From Isurus oxyrinchus (lineage: Eukaryota), in contig JANJGN010000076.1 of the NCBI GenBank assembly GCA_026770705.1, positions 2,170,001 to 2,234,000 of the forward strand: a DNA stretch of 64,000 nucleotides, read 5' to 3'. Positions 25,556 to 37,920 of this stretch are shown in pieces (the first letter of the stretch is position 1; each line of letters starts with the position of its first letter). The notes beneath the pieces were generated by a model that saw nothing but the letters and a program-made list of their open reading frames with translations, did no database searches and was not told the DNA's origin. A program made the position numbers and the translations under genes.

Positions 25556-26494
25556 GGTGGATAATTTTTTCCGGACACTGAAAGAAAGTATGAGGAATTA
25601 ACTATCTGTGCAAGATTTATAACACTGCTTCACATGTGCACATTGAAGATAGCAGTTAAAATGGGGCCTGTCCATATTCATTGCAAGATGACTGAACTGG
25701 GCCTTTGCAGACTTAGTGCAGCCGTGCATAATCTGGCCTGGCGCCACGGAAAGCGATTTACGGGAAAAGGACGTGCACACTTACCCTTCCTTATCCGTCA
25801 TGAACTAATGTAACGTGGCAGAAATGGAGCCTCGACACATCACATAACCATACCGAACTGGAACGGTCCACATTAACTAGAATCGTGCTCAACTGGACCT
25901 CCGTTTACGGAGTTTAAGCGTACTCTCTATAATTATGCATAATTAACGCATAAGCGCCTGATTGCATCTGACCAAGTAAAACGTAGCCATTCACAGCTAC
26001 ACAGCTATGCACACTCACTACAGCTGGATTTGACATGTCTGCAATGAATTTAACTGATGTGGAATAATCTACACTGCAAGAAGCCGTACAGAAGATTTGA
26101 GTACTTTAAAGCTAAATAAAGGTGATGAGTTGAACATTTCCATACCAAATGCGAACAGAATGAGACAAAAAATGCTGGAAATACACAATAGACCGTTCAG
26201 CATCTGTGCAGAGAAAACGGTAAAAGGTTCAGATCCATGACTTTACATCGAAGTTGGGGAATAGGTAGCAATGGAAGAGTTTTTGTTTTCACTATAACGG
26301 CGGGAAACGGTTGTGATAAAGGGCTGATGATAAACAAACATCAATGTAGGTTTGTGTTAATGTGGAAGACAGAAGGGCACTTTGTGAGGATGTTCCTCCA
26401 GAACAATGTCAGTGACCTTGAAGAGCTTTCTACTCCGTCAAAACAAAAATAATTTCCCGTCAGCTGCAGCACGAGCATCTTTCTTTCAATTAGC

Positions 26495-26557
26495 GTAATT
26501 ATTGCAAAAGATCAAAGCGTCTAACTGTCTCCCTGGAGGCTGGCGTGAGATATATAT
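26495..26557 (+). promoter_or_regulatory. Gene B core promoter (GTAATTATTG ... TCCCTGGAG ... TATATA)
   Basis: TAATTA at 26496, TCCCTGGAG at 26530, TATATA at 26551. Confidence 0.6.
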
Positions 26558-26607
26558 GTGACTGTCTTTAGTTGTGGTGCAGAACACACTCGCAGCTGGT
26601 GACAGAA

Positions 26608-26677
26608 ATGCACGGATTGCCAAAAGGTCTTATTTTCATCATATATTATCCCGTCATTGCAGCGATCGGGATTCCAG
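26608..26677 (+). pseudogene. GPR139-like gene B, exon 1 (MHGLPKGLIFIIYYPVIAAIGIP)
   Basis: ATG at 26608; phase-1 donor GTTAAG at 26678. Confidence 0.88.
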
Positions 26678-28068
26678 GTTAAGTATTTTGGTTTGCTATG
26701 CTATTGAAATCATTGTTTAATCACTTCTCTTTGGTTTGCTTTCATTTTAGTGAATCATTGTTCGTATTTAGGAGCTTTGCTTCTACATGGTACGATATTC
26801 TTTCTCCCATTAAACAGGACAATCTATCAACATTACGGCGACATCGTCCCAATTTATCACGCTAGACAATGTCACTTTTTTCCACTTCAAGGGAAATGCT
26901 TAATTTAATTCTCCATTTTAGCAACAAAATTGTTTTCTTTTACTGACATGATTAGTCGTCATCACATGTCGAGTCGCTCAAGTTTGTCTGTGCCATTTCT
27001 TCCCTTGAACATAGTTTCTCCCCAATGCAAGAATAATATTTCAGCAGTAACAATGAACTATCTTCCCTGAGCTAGTAACATTTAGTCAGTTTAACTGGAC
27101 ACTTTCATCTGTTTACCGCCACCGTTCGAGGTTTTAGATGTTCTTTTATTTTATTCTTGGTATTTTTAAAAAGCGTAATGTATAACGCTGTTACCACTGA
27201 GGAAATGTTTTTCTATTGTTTCAATGGCATTGTCACCGTCGGTGAATTATTATAGAGGAACTGTATCTGTATTATGCATTATCTCATTCTTTTCCCTTTA
27301 ACCTTTCGTTGGAATATGAACAGTATTTATCTGATAAATCTGTGCAGAATATTAAATGACTGGCCTAGGGTTTCTTGCCTTAACGGAATCCTGGCACCCT
27401 GGGCGGCGAAGAATTCTCAGGGAGCTGAAGTTGGGCTTGAATCCAGGACATTTTGACTCTAAAGTTTGACGTCTTTCAACTTAACAGCAACTGAACCTTA
27501 AACTGTGTGTGGATTTCCACCCTGCTGTGAAGGACAGTTGTGTTCGCTGCACGTCATCATAACTCAGGAGTGCTAGTTACCCTTTATTTCCTTCCAAAGG
27601 AGTTTTTTCTTTCCATTTTAGCTGTTCTCATTTGCTGGATTATGCCCACAAGAGTAACACTTTGTACTTAATTCCATTCAACGCCATCTACTCAGTTTCT
27701 GTCAAATTATTAGGTCGATTTAACATTGTGTACCTTTCTTTTTCCAATGTCCTAGCCTGTTCTTCTCTAAACAGCAAGCAAGCGGATACTTGATCGTTTT
27801 TCATTTAACTGAGTAACAACGCAGCAATTTGAATATTCACTATAGGGCCGAGCCCGCATTCCTCCTGTAAATCAGCACAGTATTGACAACTTGCTGCATT
27901 TTGGAAAGAGTCTTTCTTTCTCCACTGGAGCATATAAGTCATAGGACTGAAATGGGAACATTGCTCTCTTTTCATGACCAATGCTGTATTTGTGAGTTTC
28001 TCAACATTTTCTGTTCTATATTCATTTGTCCCCACCGCAAACTTACTGGTTATATTCCTCTGTCACAG

Positions 28069-29117
28069 CTAATTTGGCAGTAATTGTGATCCTGTCTCGA
28101 GGAAGATGCGGTCTCACTGGATGTATCACATACTACCTGATGTCCATGGCCGTGACGGATCTCCTGATCATGATCCTTGCTGTGATGTTAAACCGGATTG
28201 TAGGTACATATTTCCCGTTCAGTTTCCTCTCCATCACTCCGGCCTTTGCTCTTAGTCTTGTGTTCATATATGGCGTCAGGGATTCTTCTGTCTGGGTGAC
28301 AGTTGCTTTCACCTTTGATCGATTTGTAGCCATTTGTTGTCAGAAGCTGAAAACCAAATATTGCACCAAGAAATCGGCAGCTGTGGTCATAGGAACTGTC
28401 TGCGTTGTGCATTGTGCTAAAAGAATACCCTTGAAAACAAAGAAAACTGCGGATGCTGGAAATCTAAAACAAAAACAGAATTACCTGGAAAAACTCAGTA
28501 GGTCTGGCAGCATCGGCGGAGAAGAAAATAGTTGACGTTTCGAGTCCTCATGACCCTTCGACAGAATACCCTTGTACTTTGCTTGTGAACCTTCTGTTAT
28601 CACGGACAATACACCCTGGTACTGCAAACTGAAGCCAATATATTATTTGTCACCCGGATGGGTGGCATATGACAGCATAAATGCCGTTTTAACCCCTTGT
28701 CTCCCATTCGTTCTTATTTTGCTGCTCAATGTTCTGACGGTCAGGCACATTGTTGTGGCCAGTCGAGCCCGCAGAAGACTCCGAGCGCACAGCAAGAGCG
28801 AGAAACAAAGCGACCCAGAGATGGAGAAGAGGAGAAAGTCCATCGTTTTACTCTTTGCCATCTCGGGAAATTTTATCCTGTTATATTTCCTCGCTCTTAT
28901 AACTTTCCTCTACGCACGAATTGCCAGCGTTAGTTATTTCGATGGCTCGAATTTCAATCAATCAAATGTTATACTGGAGGAATGCGGACTTATGCTGCAG
29001 CTTTTAAGTTCCTGCATCAACCCCTTTATTTATGCAGGTACCCAGAGTAAATTCAGAGAGGAGTTAAAGAATGGTGTGAAATATCCATTGAGTCTGATTG
29101 TTAATTTTTTTAAATGA
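28069..29117 (+). pseudogene. GPR139-like gene B, exon 2, disrupted by an insertion after TM4
   Basis: CAG acceptor at 28066-28068. The two ORF halves (..FDRFVAICCQKLK..KRIPL / YFACEP..SSCINPFIYAGTQSKFR) are in the same frame and otherwise have no stops. Confidence 0.92.
28434..28562 (-). mobile_element. Short Penelope-terminal-repeat-derived element with 12-bp TSD
   Basis: AGAATACCCTTG at 28422-28433 and 28563-28574. Nearly identical to the copy at 36819-36922. Confidence 0.92.
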
Positions 29118-30084
29118 TGAAAGCAGTGAAATCCAACATGAATTCTACATTATACCCCACCCATTGCTGTTGCTGTACATGTTACATATGGCTTCAACCC
29201 GCAGAAACAGAGTTACCTCCTGTCCGAGGTGTGAATTCAGAATTATATAACTAACTCTGCATTTTCCCAGTTAGTTTTTATTTTTTGTCCCCTTTCCAGA
29301 GCGGGCCTGGTACATTCCCAACTGTCCCTAAGGTCCCGGGGTGTCTCGACGTTCATGTAGGAGACAAAGTATCCGACAAAAATGTATAACTTGGCAACAA
29401 AGTTTCACTATTAAGTGTAGGAACCTTGCTATCTCCCCTTCCTATGTTTTGGAACTTGATGGTAGATGGCGCCCTGAAATGGAAACGGACACTGTCCCCA
29501 CCCATTGATCTATATTGAGCAGTCTCCGCTTCACACTTGAACTCTTTTTCCCATAAACATAGCAAGAGGGAACTGGAATGTTACAGACACAGATAAAGGA
29601 AACATTTTGTTCGCCTCTTCCATTTGGCAATGGAGGGGAAATCCGCAGAGTCATCATACAGTACAAGTTACACTGGCAACAATCTCCCCTTTTAAATAAT
29701 TACAAATCGCAACTGGCCAGAACAAAAAAAAACCAAATTTAATGGAAACATTATCTTCACCATCCACAATGCATTATAAAAGTTTATTGCCATCCTGATA
29801 CAGAAACAGTAATTAGAATGGAATTGTGGGTTACGCTTCACAACGACCCCCTATCCCAATCGTGGATAAATACTACACACTTGCTGTTATTTGGAATTTC
29901 CCGTGTCGTGACTTACAACCACACCGAAAGTCTCAAGACTCAGCATTGATCTCAGCAGAAAATCCAATCCAAGGCATTCATGCTGTGTACATATTATCAT
30001 TTGTTATGTCTTCCGATGTTAATTGAAACAAACCGATTGCTCTGCACTTTATAAGGGATTTGTCTAAAGGATTAAGTAGCAGAA

Positions 30085-30485
30085 AAATGCACATGTTGTA
30101 GAAGCTTATGCTCTTGCACTTATCAGGACAATTTGCAAGAGTAACGCCGATTTCAACTGAACAAAGGACGGGAGAGTCTGTCTCTGGCTCATGGCCTCAT
30201 CAAATGTCTTGACCAATCAGAGTCAACATACTTGATTTGAATGTAAACAACGGTTGACAGTTAACTTCCATTCATCAGGTCATTATCGCATTCTCTATTG
30301 CAACGCCACGAGTAATCCATTTTCACTCGCCCATCAATCATCACTCTCTTCTCATGACGTTTTAAGTGTTGTTCCCTTTGATTTTTTTGTTACTCTTGCG
30401 AATTGTCCTGATGAGTCCAAGGTGAAAAGTTTCGAAAGCATGTGTCTTTGATCAGCACTCTCACATTCTGTTCTACCGAACAACG
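30085..30485 (+). mobile_element. Penelope-like terminal repeat (family 2) with partially inverted 5' copy
   Basis: 30090-30145 is an inverted copy of ~30390-30445. Homologous to 58510-58780 and, in reverse, to 37460-37700. Confidence 0.65.
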
Positions 30486-30496
30486 AGTGAGTCCCA

Positions 30497-31875
30497 CGTC
30501 AGTGGTCCGGAAACTATTGGAGAAAATTCTGAAGGAAAGAATCTACCTTAACTTGGAGAGAGAAGGCTTGATAAGAGATATTCAGCATTGATTCTTCAGA
30601 GATAGGTCATGCCTAAAAAATTTGCCTGAATTTTTGAGGAGGTGACCAGGTGTGTACATGATGGTAGTGCAGTTGATGTAGTTAATATGGATTTCAGAAA
30701 AGCCTTTGACAAGGTCCCATATGGCAGCCTTATAAATAAGGCAAATACACATGGGATACAGGGTAATTTGAAAAGGTGGATTATAAATTGGCTTAGTTGT
30801 AGGAGACAGAATGTAATGATAGAAGGCTGCTTTGGTGACTGAAAACCCGAGTCCTGTGGTGTACCACAGAGATCTGTGCTGGGTTGCCTATTATTCATTA
30901 TTTATATAAATGACATAGATGACTATGTGGGGAGTAGGAATAGTAAGTTTGCGGATGACACAAAGATTGGCCGGTTGGTTAACAGTGAGGTTGAGAGGCT
31001 TGGGCTGGAGGAAGATATCGGCGTGGTGGTCAAATGGGCAGATAAGTGGCCGATGGAATTTAACACTGAAAAGCGTGAGGTTATACACTTTGGAAGGAGT
31101 AATTTGACAAGGAAGTATTCAATGAACGGCATGGCACTAGGAAGATCTGAGGAACAAAGGGACCTTGGTGCATGTGTCCATAAGTCTCTGAACGCAGAGG
31201 GGCATGATAGTGGGGTGGTGAAAAAGGCATTTGGGACAATTGCCTTTCTCAATCGAGGCACGATTGCAAAAGTAGAGGGGTCATGTTGGAGTTGTATAGA
31301 ACGTTGGTGAGACCACAGCTGGAGTGCTCTGTGCAATTTTGAACGCCAAATGATAGGAAGGATGTGATTGTGCTAGAGGCGGTGTAGAGGAAGTACACGT
31401 GGATGCAGCCTGGGATGAACCATTTACGTTATAAAGAGTGGTTGGATAGAGTTGGGTTTTTTCGGCGAAACAGAGAAGACTGAGGAGCGGCCAGTTCAAG
31501 GTGTACAAGCTTGTGAGGGGTATTGAAGGGGTGGATAGGGACAGCTGTTCCCCATAGTCAGAGGCTCAGTCACGAGGGAACACAAGTTCAAGGTGAGGGG
31601 CAGGAGGTTTCGTGGGGATGTGAGGGAAAACCTTTTTTACTCAAGTATTGGGGACGGTCTGGAATGCGCTGCCTGGGACAGTGGTGGAGGCGGGTTGCCT
31701 CACATCCTTTATAAAGTGTCTAGATGAATACTTGGCATGTCCTAACATTCAAGGTTGTGGGCCAAGTGCTGGTCAACGGGATTAGTTAGGTAGGTCAGGT
31801 GTTTCTCACGTGTCAGTACAGGCTCGATGGGCCGAAGGGCCTCTTCTGCACTGTGCGATCCTTTGATTCTGTGAC
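30497..31875 (+). mobile_element. CR1 LINE 3' fragment (RT + 3' UTR)
   Basis: VDVVNMDFRKAFDKVP, LFIIYINDID, SKFADDTKIG and W.MEFN.EK. Confidence 0.95.
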
Positions 31876-32754
31876 TACTTATTAAATTTTCCATGAAATG
31901 ATTGTCATGATTATAAACAGTAGAATCAAATCTCTAAATTCGCTGACCTATCAACAATTGAAGCGAATGACTGACTCTCTTCTTGCCTAAACATCGTTTT
32001 AATTATTTTATTATCTGAGTGAATGCACTTGAATTTGAAAGAATGGGACAACTGGCAATATGCTTCCTCGCCGATGGTGCAGGTGAACGATTTATTACCT
32101 GTGGAAACATTTCAATAAATCTCCAGCTGGGGTGGGCAAACGAATCCCTTTCTATGGTCCAGGTATTGTCAAGGTTTGCTTCTGTAGAGTACGTCCTGTC
32201 TCTGCCCAGGTTGGTAATCCATTGAAATCTATTCCACAGACAGAAGTGTTCCAGGGTCTCTCCCCATTGCAAATGCTGCAACTTCAATTGTAATTCTATG
32301 TCAGTGATTGCAGATCTTTGCATCGTCATTGCATTAGAACACTCTCAGTTGGGTGCGTGTTTTATTGTGCTTCCAGCAACACTGGCCTTTGAAATTAAAT
32401 TCCACTGTCTGTATTGGCAAACATTGCTCCTTTTTTTTGTTTTACTTTCTGTTCTCCATTCGCGGGATCCCCTCTCGCTGTCGCCTGAAAGAATTGCTTT
32501 TGGATGGTTTTTAGTTTTGCATTTACCCAACAGCCTTGGAGTTCCTCTCCTGAAGATATTGACTCAGAGGAAAAGCAGGATACATCCAACTGCTCTAATA
32601 TTTCCTATAATTCAGTTAGATCATGGGTAATCTATATATAACTTGCATCTACCGACTTTAGTTTTATTCTCTTTCAATGGTTTTCCTGAAAGTAGTCATT
32701 CTATCTCATTTTCGATTGACTCCGATTCTCTTTGAATCTTTAGGAGAAAATGGT

Positions 32755-33250
32755 CCAGGGGCATGGTAACACAGTAATTATTTTAATGGACTAAAATACA
32801 AAATCCATTTTATTGATTCGCGACATAATTTAAGATCCCACAGCAGTGGCTAAAGTAGTTGAATTAAGTTCTCTAAGTGCAACTGAAATTAAGAAGGCAA
32901 AGAAAAAGAAAAATGACACATCACGAATAATGACCATGAAAGTATATTCTTATCAAGAAGGAAAAAATTGCGTTCTGTTTCATTAATGCATCTTAGTGCA
33001 AGGATTGTGCTTTAGTTCCCCTGCTTGGAGAACATGTGATTCCAGACCCATGGAGATGTATTTAAGTGTTAACCATTGTCTGAAATGGTCGAGCAAGCCG
33101 CTATGAAACAAAAAAAGAAAAGTAACAGTGTGAGGAACACTCGTGATTTTCCCAGCTGCTGGAAGCTACAAAGGGAAAGCCAGCCCAATCGATCCTGCAA
33201 AGCTCTCCTCATTCACATCTTGGGACATGAGAGCTGACCCTCAAACTAGC
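32755..33250 (+). mobile_element. Degenerate SINE / LINE 5'-type fragment
   Basis: Reverse-complement similarity to the SINE copies at 34000 and 61180. Confidence 0.45.
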
Positions 33251-33999
33251 CAATGGAAAGTCTGACATTGTCGGACTCGCCGAATCAAACCGTTGAGAAA
33301 ATGTTCCAAACTCTTCCATCACCAGCTCTATTCATGTGCTGTCCCAAAGGCATAATAACAAAATGTATCGTAAAATGTGGCACGCTATTTGGCCACAACA
33401 GGATGGAACATTTGTCCTCAAAATCGAAACGGGCTAAATCACAATTAAATTTAGACAATGTTCAGATATCTCTTTGAGTTTTGCGAAGAGCAATTAGATC
33501 TCCTGGCCTTGAAGAAAAAAGCTTTGTAATCTTGAATACAACTATATCATTGCAGTAAAAATAATACTTTGTGCATTCCATGGCTAGTAATTATAAAAAC
33601 GCCAATCTTTCAAATTTGCGCCTACAGTTTTGGAGCCAATGTAGTTTTTAACCGCCAGGCATCAGAAAGGATACGAAGCAAAACACACAATTTCAGTTAT
33701 TGACCTGTTACAGCCATCTTCTTAATTAAGATGATCCATATAGAGAAGTCGTTTTCAAAGTGGACATCATTTCAGTAGTTGAATGTTGCAATTGTGAGCC
33801 ATCTTTGAAAGTAATAATACCAGGCATCCAGTGTAGTTATATTACACATAGACTCCCATGTGGAAGTGTTTTCATAATTATATGCCAATTTGAATTTTGT
33901 CTAGTTAGCAAATGTCATGTGAATTTTGATTGCTTCCTATACTAGGCTGTGCTATTAAAATCAGGGATTTGAATTGTTTATTTCTTCTTGATGCTTTCA

Positions 34000-34355
34000 C
34001 ATGTCATGGATGTCACTGAACAGGCCATCATTTGTTGCCCATCCCTAATGACCTTTGTCCTGAGTGGCTTACTAGGCCATTTCAGAGGACAGTTAAGAGT
34101 CAACCACATTGTTGTGGGACTGGAGTCACAAGTAGGCCAGGCTAGTTAAGTGAACCAGATGGGTTTTTACAACAAACTGTGATAGTTCCATGGTCACTAT
34201 TGCTGGGGCTAGTTTCACAATTTCTGATTCATTCAACGAGTTTAAACTCTCTGCTGCCGTGGTTTGATTTGATCCTCCCTCTCTAAGGTGTTAGACAGGT
34301 GTTCACACCTGGATTATTAGCTTTATCACAGTGCAACGGCGCCACTATCATCCCA
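34000..34355 (-). mobile_element. SINE sharing its 3' tail with LINE family 2
   Basis: Matches the 22100 and 61180 copies. A tRNA-like head lies at the right end. Confidence 0.8.
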
Positions 34356-34399
34356 ATGATATGGAGAGAAAAAACATGCAGAGAAACGCAGAGAGGTTT

Positions 34400-35205
34400 G
34401 GAAATCACACATACAATTGTGCTGCTTTAGATTACAGTGGGGATACGTATCTCCTTTCAGTTTAAGATTCTACTTCAACCAATATATTGGTTTCATTTGT
34501 CCAATCCAGATATTCGAAGAAAGTTTATTTGAGATGTAAACTATTGTATCTCAATTAACCAATTATAAGAAACAATAATTCATCGAAATGGATGAAATTA
34601 TTTGAAAAGCAAGTATACAAAAATAAATCTGCAGTCTCTTTGTCCGCAGTGCTTTAGGCAAACTCGCTAAATGGTCACAGCCTTCCCTTTCGGGCCTGAA
34701 AAGACCTGGGTATATCTCAAATTATTCGGGAAGACTCAGGTAGCCCAAAATTGGAGCAACAGGTTAACAAAAAAAATGTTGTCACGATGCAATGGCGACA
34801 CGAGTGGTATTGTCCACTAATTGGTTGAAGATAATAGAACAAGCCAAGTTTCTACTCACCAGGCAATTGAATAACGCAATGTATGAATTCCAGCGCCAGC
34901 AAAGTGAGTCAGAGATCTCAGCGATTGGTCGGTCAAGTCAAACAAAATGTCCCTCCACCCGGTACGTAATATACAGAACAAAGATCCAATTGAAGCAGCC
35001 CGCGCTTGTAAAACTCGAATCAAAACTCCAACAGTTAGAAATGATTCCACGAATGGTCACAGTCATTGAGAAGCCTTGAGTGCGCTAATTGCAGCACACT
35101 AGCAAGAACTTCAAGGTGATCAGTCAAGTTGTTCACGTGGTTCATTAAAACTTGTCAGGGGCAACATGCATTCATAAACAAGGGCTCGATCTCTGCAAGC
35201 TAAAT
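34400..35205 (+). mobile_element. Degenerate Penelope-like element (family 2), RT C-terminus + GIY-YIG
   Basis: Relics FGPEK..VYLKL, ATRVVLSTN, YEFQ...SQRL..QVKQ.VP and FKVISQ. Same family as 37460-37920. Confidence 0.65.
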
Positions 35206-35234
35206 TAATTTTCCAAGGTTTTTTCAAATTTTGT

Positions 35235-35620
35235 GTCCAGAATTTAGGCTTCACTGGCTAGGCTAACATTTATTGCCAATCGTCAATTGTCCTTCGGAAG
35301 GTGATGGCGAGCCGCGTTCTTGAACCGCTGCAGTCCATGTGGTGTACATACAGCACAGTGCATTTACTGAGGAAGTTCAAAGATTTAACCTCCACCACAG
35401 TGAAGGAGCGATGATCTGATCGAAGTCTGGATGGTGTGTGGCGTGGAGGAGAACTTGAAGTCGATGGTGTTCTTATTTATTTCCTGCCCTTGATCTTCCA
35501 GGCAGTAGAGATCGTAGGTTGGTAAGATGATGTCTAAGAAGCCTTGGTGAGTTCCTGAAATGCATCCTGTAGGTTGTTCACAACTGCTGCCTCTTTGCAT
35601 CGGTGGTGCAGGGACTGTTT
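35235..35620 (-). mobile_element. LINE family 2, 3' fragment
   Basis: Matches 3505-3900. Confidence 0.8.
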
Positions 35621-35649
35621 GTTTGTCGATGCGGTGGTAATAGCTAAGT

Positions 35650-36795
35650 GATAATAAGAAATTGCAACAGCAGTAAGCCATTAGGCCGCTCAAGCCTGCC
35701 CCGCCATTCAATAACATCATGACTGATCTGCCCCAGGCCTCAAATCCTCTTTACTGACAGCTCTTCATGAAGCTCAACTCACGATATTTCAAAAATCTAT
35801 CCATCTCTTCTTTAAATACCTTCAGAGATCAAGCCTCCACAACTCTCTGGGGTAGAGAATTCCAGACATTCAATACTCTCAGAGAGAAGATATTCCTTCG
35901 CAACTCAGTTTTGTATGTGTGGCCCCTTGTTATGTAACTATGTCCCCTAGCTCGAGATTCCCCCACTAAAGCGAACATTTTCTCAACATCTACCTGTCAA
36001 GCAACCCCTCCCCTCAGGAATCTATTCATCTCAATAAGATCATCCCTCATTCTTCGAAGCGCTAATAAATAAAGTCCTAATGTGTTTAGCCGTTCTTGAT
36101 AAGTCAACTCCATCATCCCAGGAATCAGCCTAACGAATCCCCTTTGAACTGCATCTGATGCCAATATATCAATTCTTAAATACAGGGGCTGAAAGTGTTC
36201 ACAGCACTCCAGGTGGGGCCCCACCAAATCCTGCATATTTGTAACAAGACCTCCCTATTTTTTAAACTGTAACCCCCTAGCAACACAGACCAAAATGCCA
36301 TTTGCCTTCTTAATTACTTGTTACATTTGCATGTTAACGTTTTATGCTCCGTACACAGGAACAATCAGAGCCTGCACGTTTTTGAAGTCTCTCTCCATTT
36401 TAATAATAGTCTGCCTTTTGATTCTTCCTACAAAAGTGAATGACCTCACACTTTCCGGCATTAAACTCCATCTGCCAAGTGCTTTTGCTCACTCACTCAA
36501 CCTATCTACAACACCTTTTACATTCCTTATGTCCTTTCACAACATGTCTTCTCACCTATTGCTGTAGCATCAGCAAATTTGGATACATCACACTCTGTCC
36601 GCTCCTCCAAGTCATTGCAATAGCTAATAAATAGTTGAGGTGCTAGGACTGATGCTGTGGCACTCCATTTGTTGCGTCTTTCCAACGCATCTGAAAAGGA
36701 CACATTAATCCAGATTTTTTGTCTCCTCTCTGTTATCCAATCCTCAATCCGTGCTAATACATTTCTCTCAATACCACGGGCTCTTAATTTGTGCA
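35650..36795 (-). mobile_element. CR1 LINE 3' fragment
   Basis: Minus ORFs HKLRARGI..NVLARIEDW..SKFAD and LVGPHLECC.HF..LYLRIDI..LGLY.L..RRMRDDLIE. Confidence 0.92.
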
Positions 36796-36818
36796 ATAAG
36801 TTCTGTCAAGTTCCCTCA

Positions 36819-36922
36819 AGTTCTGTCGAAGGATCATGAGGACTCGAAACGTCAACTCTTTTCTTCTCCGCCGATGCTGCCAGACCTGCTGAGTTTTTCC
36901 AGGTAATTCTGTTTTTGTTTTT
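36819..36922 (+). mobile_element. Short Penelope-derived element with hammerhead-like core
   Basis: AGTT-CTGTCGA-A-GGATC-ATGAG-GACTC-GAAA-CG-TC-AACT, then GATGCTGCCAGACCTGCTGAGTTTTTCCAG. Confidence 0.85.
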
Positions 36923-37459
36923 AACTTGTAACAGATGTTCCTCATCCCTGTCATTATTTCGAAAGCTATAAATTCCTTGCAAAATGTTCTTCCCAGAACT
37001 GGCCTCAAATGCTTCAGCTGAGCCAAAACGTTATTGTGTTTTTATCCTAGGTTGCTACTTATAGAATCAAACATCCTGTATGCCGATTTATAAACATATG
37101 GGACATGTATTTTGCTCCTGAAATCCCATTACCATCATATCCTTTAATCGAGTTTTCTTATCCTTATTCTTCATTCGAAGATGATCCACTTGACAGATAG
37201 CTACGTTAAAGTTAATCAACCAACTTGTATGCCCATGTTATAAATCTGTCTATGGCTTTTGGAAGTCCAGCACCCTCGTCACATTGGTTTGCAATATTTT
37301 CAAGTTTTGACACATCTGTAAGCTTTGAAATTTTGTCACGTACACCCAAGTCAAAGCCATTATATATATCCAGAAAAAGGGTGCTGACACCAACTCCTGG
37401 CGAAATCTTCCTCCAATTAGAAACATTTTTTGACTCGTAAGGTCACTTTTTAAGAATAC

Positions 37460-37920
37460 TGATGTAAGAGGAAAACAGCAATTTATACTGCATGTGAAGA
37501 GAGTGCTGATTGCTTGGCAAGTGGACTCCGGCAGAGGAATTGTCATGGAGAATGCACCAGTTATGGCGACTGAAAGTTAACTCCTAAGCTTTGTTTGAAA
37601 TTTTAGCTAGGCAGCTTGGCCTTGATTAGTCAATGCATTGCCTTGAGGAATGAGTCAGCAAATGGCTGTCACTTATTGTGTTTAGCTGAACCAGGCACAA
37701 TGTGTGTGCATGTCTTTTCTGCTTGCAAAGAACAGGGCTCTGTGTATTAAAATATGCAGCGTCCAAATACATGCAAATGCAACACTCTGCAAGCCCAAAT
37801 GATAATCTAAATTGGTTGTCAGCGTTATTCTTAGTGCAATTAATTTTTTTTAACAAATGTTCTCGAGTTCTCGAATCGCATCCAATGTTGAACACTGTAA
37901 TTTGAGCTTTACCAGCATGG
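37460..37920 (-). mobile_element. Penelope-like element (family 2), 3' end + terminal repeat
   Basis: Minus ORF CDS...EHLL..INC.....NQF......LDAAYFNTQSPVLCKQK, resembling a GIY-YIG C-terminus. Confidence 0.7.
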
